From: a bacterium
GTDB taxonomy: Bacteria; RBG-13-61-14; DATKZS01
Reading direction: 5' to 3'
Assembly (NCBI GenBank): GCA_046484135.1
Contig: JAWOBU010000270.1
Span: forward strand, 1-12,962
DNA length: 12,962 nt
This document shows positions 1 to 7,850 of this stretch, piece by piece. A model generated the notes under the pieces. That model saw nothing but the letters and a program-made list of their open reading frames with translations, did no database searches and had not been told where the DNA came from. Position 1 is the stretch's first letter; every line of letters begins with the position of its first letter. The translations under genes and the position numbers were made by a program.

Positions 1-164
1 TGGGGAAAGGGCGCACCGAGTATATCCGACCGGAGTTCGCCCCCCAAATCAAAAAACAGATCGCAAACTACCGGCGCTTTAAAAAACTTATTGATAAATG
101 GATCAACCTGGAAATCGAACGTTCAAAAATCAAAATGGAGATTGAAAAGGAAAAGGCTCCTTGA
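1..164 (+). CDS. 3' end of a small basic protein, DUF6788-like (usually IS/transposase-associated); 5'-truncated by the window edge
   Basis: Not in the ORF track. Manual translation of frame +3 (3..164) is open: GKGRTEYIRPEFAPQIKKQIANYRRFKKLIDKWINLEIERSKIKMEIEKEKAP*, stop TGA at 162-164. The GK.RT.Y.R...YRRFK.L...W pattern resembles, from memory, DUF6788 C-termini. The region is visibly AT-rich compared with the rest of the window. Confidence 0.6.
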   Translation, partial: GKGRTEYIRPEFAPQIKKQIANYRRFKKLIDKWINLEIERSKIKMEIEKEKAP

Positions 165-219
165 TAGGCTTAGAACTCGGTACTCTCAAGAATCTCACAC
201 AAAATCGAAAAAAAGTGAC

Positions 220-2925
220 TCACTCCCCCAGCATCCTCTTCAGCTCGTCCAGGATGGTGAGCGCTTCCAGGGGCGTGAGGGACTCGGTATTGATGGCTTT
301 GATGCGGCGGGCCGCTTCCTGCGCGGCGGGGTCGGTGGGTTGTGAGAAGAAGGAGAGCTGGACCGGTCCTTGGGGTTCTTTTTGTTTTTTTGATTTGCCT
401 GCTACTGGCGCTCCGCGCGGGTCATGCTCGACAGATTCTAAGTTCACGAGTATCTCCTTGGCCCGCTCGATCACCTGGGCGGGCAGTCCGGCGAGCCTTG
501 CCACCTGGATGCCGTATGACCTGCTGGTGGACCCGGGCGACATCTTGCGCAGGAATATGACCTCGCCTTCCCACTCCTTCACCAGGATGTGATAGTTCTT
601 TATGCGGGGCCTGGTCTCGGCAAGGTCCACCAGCTCGTGGTAGTGGGTCGCGAACATGGTCCTGGCCCGCCTGCCCTCGATGTCGTGCAGGAACTCGGCC
701 ACCGCCCAGGCAATGGACAGGCCGTCAAATGTGGACGTGCCTCTGCCGATCTCGTCCAGGAGCACCAGGCTCCTGTCAGTCGCGTTGTGCAGGATGTTGG
801 CGGCCTCCGTCATCTCGACCATGAAGGTGCTCATGCCCCGCACCAAGACGTCGGAAGCGCCCACCCGCGTGAAGATGCGGTCCACCGTACCCACCTTCGC
901 CTCGGACGCAGGCACGAACGAACCCATCTGCGCCAGGATCACGATGATCGCCGTCTGCCGGAGCACCGTGGACTTGCCCGCCATGTTGGGACCGGTAATG
1001 AGAAGCACCTGGTTCTCGGTACTGTCGAGAAGCACGTCGTTCGGCACAAAGCGCTCGGCTTTCACCAGCTCCGCGATCACCGGGTGCCAGCCGTCTTTTA
1101 TCTCGATCACGTCGTCGCCGTCCACCGCCGGCCTGGTGAAGCGCTTGCGGGCCGCCAGGTCCGCGAGCCCCAGCACCGCGTCCAGCCGGCCCAAAAGCCG
1201 CGCGTTCTTCGAAAGCGCCGCTGCCATGGCTCCGGTCTTCTCCCGCAACTCCCGGAAAAGGTCATAATGAAGCTCGATAAGCCGGTCCTCCGCCCCCAGC
1301 ACCTTGTTCTCGAGCTCCTTCAAGTCAGGCGTGATATAGCGCTCCGCGTTCACCAGGGTCTGCTTCCGGATGTAATCGTCCGGCACCATGGCAAGGTTGG
1401 CCTTGGTTACCTCGATGTAGTAGCCGAACACCTTGTTGTACTTCACCTTCAGGTTGCCGATCCCGGTCCGCTGCCGCTCGGTGGCCTCCATGCCGGCGAT
1501 CACCGACTTGGCGTCCTTTTGAATGTCCGCAAGCTCGTCCACTTCGGACGAGTAGCCCCGCCGGATGATGCCCCCCTCCCGCATGGCCACCGGAGGCTCG
1601 TCCACTAAAGCCCGCTCCAACAAGTCCTTTAGCTCCTCCAGCGGGTCCAGGTCATGGCAGAGCTCTTCCAGGAAGGCAGGCAACGCTCCGGACCGCTCCA
1701 TGGCCGACTTGACCGCGGGGGTCTTTCGCAGGGCCTCCCGGATGGCGGAAAGGTCGCGCGGGTTTGCGCTTCCGGTAGACACCCGGGCGGTGAGCCGCTC
1801 CAGGTCCGATACCCTGGTTATGAGCTCGCGCAGGTCGAGCCGGAAGGCGTCGTTTGAAAGACCGAACTCGACCGCGTCGAGCCTCCGGTTGATCCGTTCG
1901 GGGTCAAGAAGCGGGTAGTGGAGCCAGTGCAGCAGGGTCCGGCCGCCCATGGGCGTTACGGTAAAGTCTATGAGCCAGAACAGGGACCCCTTGGTCTTGT
2001 TGTCGCGGATGGTGCGGGTGAGCTCGAGGTTTCTCTTGCTCGAGTCGTCCAGGACCATGTACTCGGACGAGGTGTAGTAGGACAAAGTGGTGATGTGAGA
2101 GAGCGGCGACGGTATGGCTATGGGCTCGTCCCCCCCCAGCTCGAACGCGGGAGGCGACTCCGCCCCTTGAGTGTCGTCCAGGTAGGCGATCATGGCGCCC
2201 GCCGCGGCTACGGCCGCGGAGAAGCCCTCGATGCCGAACCCCTCCAGGGTGTCCGCCCGGAATTGGCGCATAAGCCTCCGGCGGGCCTCGGCAACGTCGA
2301 AGTAGCGCGGGTCGGGTTTTGCGAGGCCCCGCGGGGGATCGAAAGCGGAGACAAAGTCCTGGAGCGCCTGCCCGGCCTCGGGAAGCTCCAGGGTGTCCTT
2401 AGTGGTTACTATCTCGCGGGCGTCCATGCGATATAGCTCGTCCATGGCCTCTGCTGCCGAGCCCACCTGGGTGGCCCGGAACTCGCCGGTCGAGTAATCC
2501 AGGAAAGCCAGCCCGTACGCGCCCTCCTGCACGGCCAGACAAGCAAGGTAGCGCGGCTCCTTGGCAGGAAGATGGCCGGGAGAAACCGCGGTGCCGGGAG
2601 TGATGATCCGGGTTACCGCCCTTTTGACTATGCCCTTGGCGTCCTTGGGGTCCTCGATCTGCTCGCAGATGGCCACCTTGTAGCCGGACTCCACCATGCG
2701 AGCCAGGTAACCGTCCGCGGAGTGATACGGAACACCGCAAAGCGGCGCCGGCTCCGGCATGCCCTTCTCCCGCGTGGTCAGCGTGATCTCGAGGACCCGA
2801 GAGGCGATCTCCGCGTCCTCGAAGAACATCTCGTAAAAGTCGCCCATCCGGAAGAACAGGATACAGTCCGGGTAATGGTCCTTGATGGAAAGATATTGCT
2901 GGATCATGGGGGTCTGGCGGTTCAT
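220..2925 (-). CDS. mutS: DNA mismatch repair protein MutS (MutS1)
   Basis: TPMIQQY N-terminus; FRMGDFYEMF mismatch-recognition Phe-X-Glu motif; Walker A TGPNMAGKST; STFMVEM; Walker B LLDEIGRGTST; FATHYHEL; SYGIQVARLAGLP. Start placed at ATG 2925 (MNRQTPM), which has GGAG 5 nt upstream, rather than at the ORF-track start 3006. Confidence 0.98.
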   Translation of the reverse strand: MNRQTPMIQQYLSIKDHYPDCILFFRMGDFYEMFFEDAEIASRVLEITLTTREKGMPEPAPLCGVPYHSADGYLARMVESGYKVAICEQIEDPKDAKGIVKRAVTRIITPGTAVSPGHLPAKEPRYLACLAVQEGAYGLAFLDYSTGEFRATQVGSAAEAMDELYRMDAREIVTTKDTLELPEAGQALQDFVSAFDPPRGLAKPDPRYFDVAEARRRLMRQFRADTLEGFGIEGFSAAVAAAGAMIAYLDDTQGAESPPAFELGGDEPIAIPSPLSHITTLSYYTSSEYMVLDDSSKRNLELTRTIRDNKTKGSLFWLIDFTVTPMGGRTLLHWLHYPLLDPERINRRLDAVEFGLSNDAFRLDLRELITRVSDLERLTARVSTGSANPRDLSAIREALRKTPAVKSAMERSGALPAFLEELCHDLDPLEELKDLLERALVDEPPVAMREGGIIRRGYSSEVDELADIQKDAKSVIAGMEATERQRTGIGNLKVKYNKVFGYYIEVTKANLAMVPDDYIRKQTLVNAERYITPDLKELENKVLGAEDRLIELHYDLFRELREKTGAMAAALSKNARLLGRLDAVLGLADLAARKRFTRPAVDGDDVIEIKDGWHPVIAELVKAERFVPNDVLLDSTENQVLLITGPNMAGKSTVLRQTAIIVILAQMGSFVPASEAKVGTVDRIFTRVGASDVLVRGMSTFMVEMTEAANILHNATDRSLVLLDEIGRGTSTFDGLSIAWAVAEFLHDIEGRRARTMFATHYHELVDLAETRPRIKNYHILVKEWEGEVIFLRKMSPGSTSRSYGIQVARLAGLPAQVIERAKEILVNLESVEHDPRGAPVAGKSKKQKEPQGPVQLSFFSQPTDPAAQEAARRIKAINTESLTPLEALTILDELKRMLGE
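346..360 (-). other. Beta-clamp-binding motif QLSFF in the MutS C-terminal tail
   Basis: Translation GPVQLSFFSQP matches the QL[S/D]LF-type clamp-binding consensus at the position where it is known in MutS C-termini. Confidence 0.75.
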
Positions 2926-3020
2926 GGAAACTCCGGCATTTGAAAATATCAGAACTGCGGTTTTGATTCCAGAAGATGGCTCATGCTCCCGCCGGTAGAT
3001 GGACAAGAGTCATGCAGGCG

Positions 3021-5162
3021 CTACTTTTTCCGCGGCAGGAACTCGAGCCAGTAAAGATCGAGCCGGGCGGGGAAGTAGACGGGGTCCAAGCGAAGCCGCT
3101 TGATCCGGTTGGTCCGGGCCCACCTGATGCTTTCGTCCAGGTCGAGCTCATAGGTGTGGACCTTGCCGTCCGGCGTGAGGTCAAAACAGATCTTGTTCTT
3201 TTCGGAAAACTTCTTTTCCTTTTTGCCCTGCCAGAACAGGCAGCCCTGCCTTTGGCCCGGCGGCAGGTAGTCCTTTTTCTCGATACGCATCTTGAGTGCG
3301 GCCCGGGCCGGGTACAACGCGTGAAAGGAGACCTCGGGCGAGATGAGCCGGAAACCCGGACCCCGGCTTATTAACCGGTAAGGCGCTTCCGGACTTTCCG
3401 GCTCCCGAACCTCTACCTCGCCGGAGGGCTCCCACGGAAACCCCATAGGCGTCCTGGTAAAGTTGAAGCTGGGAAGCTCGAACGTAAACAGCCTCCCCCG
3501 CCGGTGGAGCGACCGGCGCAGGTGGAAGCGCTTGCGGAGCTTCTTGGTCAGGTCCTTGACCTTGTCGTCCCGGACTTCTATGACGCGGCTTTGTGGGTCG
3601 AAATGGACTGCGGCCAGGAGGTCGGGCGGCAGTGCGGTCTTGAAGACCATGGAGGGGTCCGCCGGGTGCTCTTCATACCCGGGCAGCGCTTTTTCCGGCA
3701 GGTTCTTGGGCTCGGGTATCCTTTCTTTCAGCCCTTTGTTCATGAACACGAACACGGGGTGCTCGCCGCTTAAGATGAGCTTGTCCTGCAGGTTCAAGGA
3801 GAGCCTGGTTTTGACCATGGCGTCCAGGTAATAGTGGTCAGCTTCAAGGCCGAGCACGTACACCCGGTCTCCGGAGGACTGCGGCGTTTTTCTTTCCAGG
3901 AAGCCGGCAATGGTGTCGGCAAGCTGTTTGTTTTGCATGGAGTGCCGCTTCCAGTCTTCGAGCTCCTGCTTCGAGTAGAGCCCGTAGACCGTGCAGACGG
4001 TCAGCACCGCTGCCAGGCCCAGCATTCGCAATGCCCGGTTTCTGGGACCGTGCACCAGCGCAGCCACGACAATTGCGAAGCCGGCCAGGGCGAGGTAGAT
4101 AAGCCTGCTCTCCCGCTGGGCCAGCATGTGGGAGAGGTTCCACAAAGGAATGACGGAAACCAGGGAGAACAGGACCCCGAAGACCAGGACCCTCTTGCTC
4201 CGGAGAAGAGCGCCTGCACCCCCTGCTATGACCAGGACGCCTCCGGCCGCGGCCAGGGCCTTTACGTAAACGTGACCCTTCGGAAGATGATGGACCAGGA
4301 AATCCCGGAACACCCTGTCAAGCACCACCGGAACATGGTGCTCCGCCTGGCTCCAGAGCGCGGCAAGAGAGTCCGACAGCGGAACGTAGCCGCCCAGGCA
4401 CCTGAGCACCAGGAGCCTCCAGCACAAGTAAATCACGAACGCGTTGAAAAGGGGAAGGGAGAAAGCCAGCGCCGCCTTCAGCTTCCCCCGCCATTTTCTC
4501 TCCGGCTCGATAAAAAGCCGGAGCAGGAAGGCGCTGATGAAAATGGTCATATAAGGGGCTTTGCTGAGCATGGCCAGGAGCGCCAGGAGACCGGACAACA
4601 CCAGGCCGCGGCGCCGCGGCTTCTCCGGCGCGGCAACGCAGATGAGAGCGGCCAGGGAAAACATGGTGCCCAGAAGGTCCGCCCGGCACGAGTACCACGT
4701 TGCAGTGAGCTCTGCCACCGGATGCACGGCAAAGATAAAGGCGGCGGCGAGCGCAGGGTAGGCCGGGTCGCGCGGCACGGGCCTTTTGTCCTCTTCCGAC
4801 GGCCTTGATCCCGCGTCCTTGTTTTCCCTCTGGTCCGCCCGGCGGAAGCTGACATAGACCAGAGAAAACACCAGGGCCACGTTCACAACGTGTAAAAACA
4901 GGCTGGACAGGTGAATGGCCCACGGCGACATGGAAAGGGCCCGGTCCAGGTAATAGCTCAACACAAAGGTTATCGGCTTGAAGCAAAGCTCCCCGAACTG
5001 CGGAAAAAGAAAGGAACTCCACGGAGTCTCCACCTGTTCCACGTAAACCACGTACCAGAAATCGTCGGCCACGAACCAGGCGGAAAGCCCCGTCCATAAA
5101 ACCAAAGCACCGGCTGCACAAGCCAGAACAGCCGGAAAAAAAAATGCGGCGCCTCTTCTCAT
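3021..5162 (-). CDS. Polytopic membrane glycosyltransferase of GT-C fold (TMTC/PMT-like) with a C-terminal soluble CBM-like domain
   Basis: DD motif after TM1 (FVADDFWYV); HLSSLFLHVVNVALV; IFAVHPVAE..WYSCRADLL; LAMLSK; SRLIYL; many hydrophobic helices. C-terminal FW..F.E..DGKVHTYELDL..W..IKRLRLDP module. Start uncertain (5204 GTG, 5195 or 5162); 5162 chosen because a promoter-like element overlaps the other two. Confidence 0.7.
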   Translation of the reverse strand: MRRGAAFFFPAVLACAAGALVLWTGLSAWFVADDFWYVVYVEQVETPWSSFLFPQFGELCFKPITFVLSYYLDRALSMSPWAIHLSSLFLHVVNVALVFSLVYVSFRRADQRENKDAGSRPSEEDKRPVPRDPAYPALAAAFIFAVHPVAELTATWYSCRADLLGTMFSLAALICVAAPEKPRRRGLVLSGLLALLAMLSKAPYMTIFISAFLLRLFIEPERKWRGKLKAALAFSLPLFNAFVIYLCWRLLVLRCLGGYVPLSDSLAALWSQAEHHVPVVLDRVFRDFLVHHLPKGHVYVKALAAAGGVLVIAGGAGALLRSKRVLVFGVLFSLVSVIPLWNLSHMLAQRESRLIYLALAGFAIVVAALVHGPRNRALRMLGLAAVLTVCTVYGLYSKQELEDWKRHSMQNKQLADTIAGFLERKTPQSSGDRVYVLGLEADHYYLDAMVKTRLSLNLQDKLILSGEHPVFVFMNKGLKERIPEPKNLPEKALPGYEEHPADPSMVFKTALPPDLLAAVHFDPQSRVIEVRDDKVKDLTKKLRKRFHLRRSLHRRGRLFTFELPSFNFTRTPMGFPWEPSGEVEVREPESPEAPYRLISRGPGFRLISPEVSFHALYPARAALKMRIEKKDYLPPGQRQGCLFWQGKKEKKFSEKNKICFDLTPDGKVHTYELDLDESIRWARTNRIKRLRLDPVYFPARLDLYWLEFLPRKK

Positions 5163-5170
5163 GGGGCCAT

Positions 5171-5199
5171 ATAATAGCCGCGCCGCCTCATGCATGCAA
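5171..5199 (-). promoter_or_regulatory. Putative sigma70 promoter for the GT-C gene
   Basis: Minus strand reads TTGCAT (5199-5194), 17 nt, TATTAT (5176-5171), then 8 nt to ATG 5162. Confidence 0.5.
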
Positions 5200-5270
5200 A
5201 CCACGGGTTAATAAACAACAACCTGAAAAGGGATCGGGATGAGTAAAAAGAATGGTCTTGCCAAACGGAA

Positions 5271-5346
<76 letters not shown>

Positions 5347-5359
5347 ACTTCAGAAAATC

Positions 5360-5387
5360 ATGTTAGCAATAACGCCGGATTTGTCAA
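5360..5387 (-). promoter_or_regulatory. Sigma70 promoter of tRNA-Ala
   Basis: Minus strand: perfect TTGACA (5387-5382), 16 nt, TAACAT (5365-5360), preceded by an extended TGn; lies 13 nt upstream of the mature tRNA 5' end. Confidence 0.7.
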
Positions 5388-5403
5388 GAATCCGGCGTTA
5401 TTG
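5367..5403. repeat. Perfect 15-bp inverted repeat with a 7-nt loop
   Basis: CAATAACGCCGGATT (5367-5381), loop TGTCAAG, AATCCGGCGTTATTG (5389-5403); the arms are exact reverse complements. Confidence 0.95.
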
Positions 5404-5409
5404 TATAAC
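5381..5409 (+). promoter_or_regulatory. Putative sigma70 promoter for the hypothetical protein/sulfatase pair
   Basis: TTGTCA (5381-5386), 17 nt, TATAAC (5404-5409), about 60 nt upstream of ATG 5470. Confidence 0.55.
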
Positions 5410-5469
5410 GCCTTTTGACGCAGGTACGGTTTGTGTCGGAAAATGATGGATTAGAGACAGGGAGGACAA

Positions 5470-6369
5470 ATGAAAGGAAAAGCCATAACCGGTAGCTTGC
5501 TCTTGTGTCTTGCCATTCCTCTTTTGGTGTGGGCCTGGAGTGAGAGCACGAAGTGGAAGCTGGCCTCGAGGCGGGACAGCTTTTCGTCTTACTGCGATTA
5601 CCTCAAAAAGCATCCGGAGGGCGCGCACGCTGAAGAGGCCCGTCAAAAGGCGGCAGAGTGCGCGGCCGAGGAGATGGAGAGCTCCGCCCGGAGCTGCGGC
5701 AATCTGTTTCCACGCATGGCCTGGTTTGCCATGGCCGGCACTGACCGGCCCGCGGTAAGCCTTTCCATTCTTGACTTCTCGCTTTCGCGGGCCGCGGCGT
5801 GCGAGTATTCCTTCCTTCTGGACCTCGCCGGGATGAGAAAGGCGGTGGACGGGCTGTTGGAGGTCCGGGAGATGGTCAAGGACAAGCACAAAAGCCGCTT
5901 TCCGGTCCGGGCCATGCTGGACCTGGACAGCATCCTTCTCGACCTGGAGCAGGCGATCGTGAACGAGCTCAACAGCAAGATATTCATGTGCAAGAACCAG
6001 AGCGCGTGGAAGGACACCTCGGAAGAAGAGTTTCAGGAGTGCGCCTCGGACCACCTCGAGGAAAAGGAAAGGCTGGTGGAAAAAGCCGCGGCTCAGATTT
6101 CCTATGACCTCGAGCACATAGCCGACATGAAAAAGGACTACCGTAAGGACTTCTGGAAAAGGTATCACCGCATGAGCGACAACAAGGCATTTGCCGAGTT
6201 CGCCATCCATGCCAACGCTATACACCTGTTGGAAAGAGCGGTTAACGAGGAGGACAGCACCTTGATCTCCATGCGGATAGACAGGGTGATAAGCCGGGTG
6301 AACAAGTACCAGTCCAAGCTCGACACCGGCCCGGCCGCGGGCGCGAAAGGAGAGAAAGATGGCAAATGA
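5470..6369 (+). CDS. Exported or membrane-anchored hypothetical protein, predicted alpha-helical
   Basis: Strong RBS GGGAGG before ATG; N-terminal MKGK plus a hydrophobic stretch (signal peptide or anchor); W..A...D....Y..YLKKHPEGAHAEEAR helical-hairpin motif; overlaps the sulfatase start by 11 nt. Confidence 0.8.
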   Translation: MKGKAITGSLLLCLAIPLLVWAWSESTKWKLASRRDSFSSYCDYLKKHPEGAHAEEARQKAAECAAEEMESSARSCGNLFPRMAWFAMAGTDRPAVSLSILDFSLSRAAACEYSFLLDLAGMRKAVDGLLEVREMVKDKHKSRFPVRAMLDLDSILLDLEQAIVNELNSKIFMCKNQSAWKDTSEEEFQECASDHLEEKERLVEKAAAQISYDLEHIADMKKDYRKDFWKRYHRMSDNKAFAEFAIHANAIHLLERAVNEEDSTLISMRIDRVISRVNKYQSKLDTGPAAGAKGEKDGK

Positions 6370-7732
6370 TAACAGTAGAGGAAAAGGCTTCCGGGGTCTC
6401 GACCGGCGCGACTTTATGAAGTCGGGCGCCCTGGCCGCGGGCGGTGTATCATTAGGACCGCGGGTCTCGGGCGCGTCGCGTCGGCCGAACATCCTTTTTA
6501 TCACTGCTGACGACCTGGGCTGGAAGGACTTAGGCTGCTACGGCAACCCGGACGTACAAACTCCTCACCTGGACCGGCTCGCCGGCCAGGGGGTGCGGTT
6601 CACCAACGCCTTTGTAACCGCGCCTTCCTGCAGCGCCTCGCGGGCCTCCATTATCACCGGCCGGGCCTCCCACTCGGTGGGGGTCCACGGTCTTACCCAC
6701 CGGCACCTCCAGTACCAGATGAACGCGGACATTACCACCATGCCCGACGTGCTCAAGAACGCCGGCTACTTTACCGGCATTCACGGCAAGTGGCACGTGG
6801 CCGCTTTCAAGCCCTCTGCACTCTTCGGATACCAGCTTCAGATGAGCATCATGGAGATAAAGGACACCAAAAAAGCCAAGTGGTTCATCTCCGCCAACCA
6901 GGACCGGCCCTTTTACCTCGAGCTCAACTTCATGCAGACCCACCGGCTGGAAGACGGGACCTTCAAGATGCACCCGGACTTTCCGGTAGACCCGGACTCC
7001 ATCACCGTGCCCGATTACTGGTGCCTTCCCAACTGGCGCTCCATCCGGGAGGACGTGGCCAAGTACTACAGCCAGGCCGCGCGCATGGACCACATGATAG
7101 GCGACATCCTCTCCCACCTCGATTCACTGGGTCTTGCAGACAACACCCTGGTGGTGTTCGTCTCCGATAATGGACCGCCCTATCCCGGTTGCAAGACGAC
7201 TTGTTACGACCGGGGCATAGGGACCCCCTTGATACTGCGGTGGCCGGAAGGGCTTCCGGCTGGAGAGGTCCGACACGACCTGGCGAGCGCCACCGACATA
7301 ATGCCCACCTGCCTGGAAGCCGCGGGAGCGGCAGTGCCGCCCGTGGTGCAGGGGTCGTCGCTTTTGCCGGTCGCCCGGGGGGACGCGCCTGGCTTCCGGG
7401 ACGAGGTCTTCGCAGAGGTCACCTATCACGTGCTTTTCACTCCCATGCGGACCATCCGCACCTCGCGATACAAGTACATCGAGAACCTGAACTCGACACC
7501 CACCGGCCTTGACCAGAACCGGCGCTTCGAGTGGGCGCAGAAGGTGGCAAAGCTTCCGGACCAGAAGTGCTGCGTGCCCCGGCCGCCGGAGGAGCTCTTC
7601 GACCTGGAGAAGGACCCGTACGAACAGGAGAACCTGGCAAAGGACGAAGAGTACGCGGGCGTCAAAAAGGACCTTGTTAAAAGGCTTCACGCCTGGAGAG
7701 AGAGGACGGACGACCCGTATCCGGACCTTTAG
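6359..7732 (+). CDS. Tat-exported formylglycine-dependent (S1) sulfatase, N-sulfoglucosamine sulfohydrolase-like
   Basis: Twin-arginine motif DRRDFMK; RPNILFITADDLG; active-site CSASRASIITG (Cys91); GKWHV; FVSDNG; K..YDRGIGTPLI; EELFDLEKDPYEQENLA. The subfamily assignment is by resemblance only. Confidence 0.93.
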   Translation: MANDNSRGKGFRGLDRRDFMKSGALAAGGVSLGPRVSGASRRPNILFITADDLGWKDLGCYGNPDVQTPHLDRLAGQGVRFTNAFVTAPSCSASRASIITGRASHSVGVHGLTHRHLQYQMNADITTMPDVLKNAGYFTGIHGKWHVAAFKPSALFGYQLQMSIMEIKDTKKAKWFISANQDRPFYLELNFMQTHRLEDGTFKMHPDFPVDPDSITVPDYWCLPNWRSIREDVAKYYSQAARMDHMIGDILSHLDSLGLADNTLVVFVSDNGPPYPGCKTTCYDRGIGTPLILRWPEGLPAGEVRHDLASATDIMPTCLEAAGAAVPPVVQGSSLLPVARGDAPGFRDEVFAEVTYHVLFTPMRTIRTSRYKYIENLNSTPTGLDQNRRFEWAQKVAKLPDQKCCVPRPPEELFDLEKDPYEQENLAKDEEYAGVKKDLVKRLHAWRERTDDPYPDL

Positions 7733-7850
7733 TCTTGGAGAGGCCGACCCTCCCAGGCCATGCGGGCCGGACGTTCATATTGATCAGGAGGAGAAAGCCC
7801 AGCCTCTGCCTTGTTTGGCCTGGGCCGGTACAGGCAGGCAGGTGATGATG

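Noticed and set aside
91..592. ORF-track ORFs 91..345 and 161..592 (+)
   Set aside because: They overlap mutS antisense and have no recognisable motifs; the plausible coding frame here is +3, ending at 164.
589..2943. Long plus-strand ORFs opposite mutS (e.g. 589..1608, 656..1267)
   Set aside because: Typical antisense shadow ORFs of a GC-rich gene, with no family motifs.
2926..3006. 27-aa N-terminal extension of MutS in the ORF track
   Set aside because: MutS homology starts at TPM and ATG 2925 has its own GGAG RBS.
5398..6504. 368-aa minus-strand ORF
   Set aside because: It is antisense to 5470..6369, which has the RBS, signal peptide and operon coupling; it also overlaps the sulfatase start.
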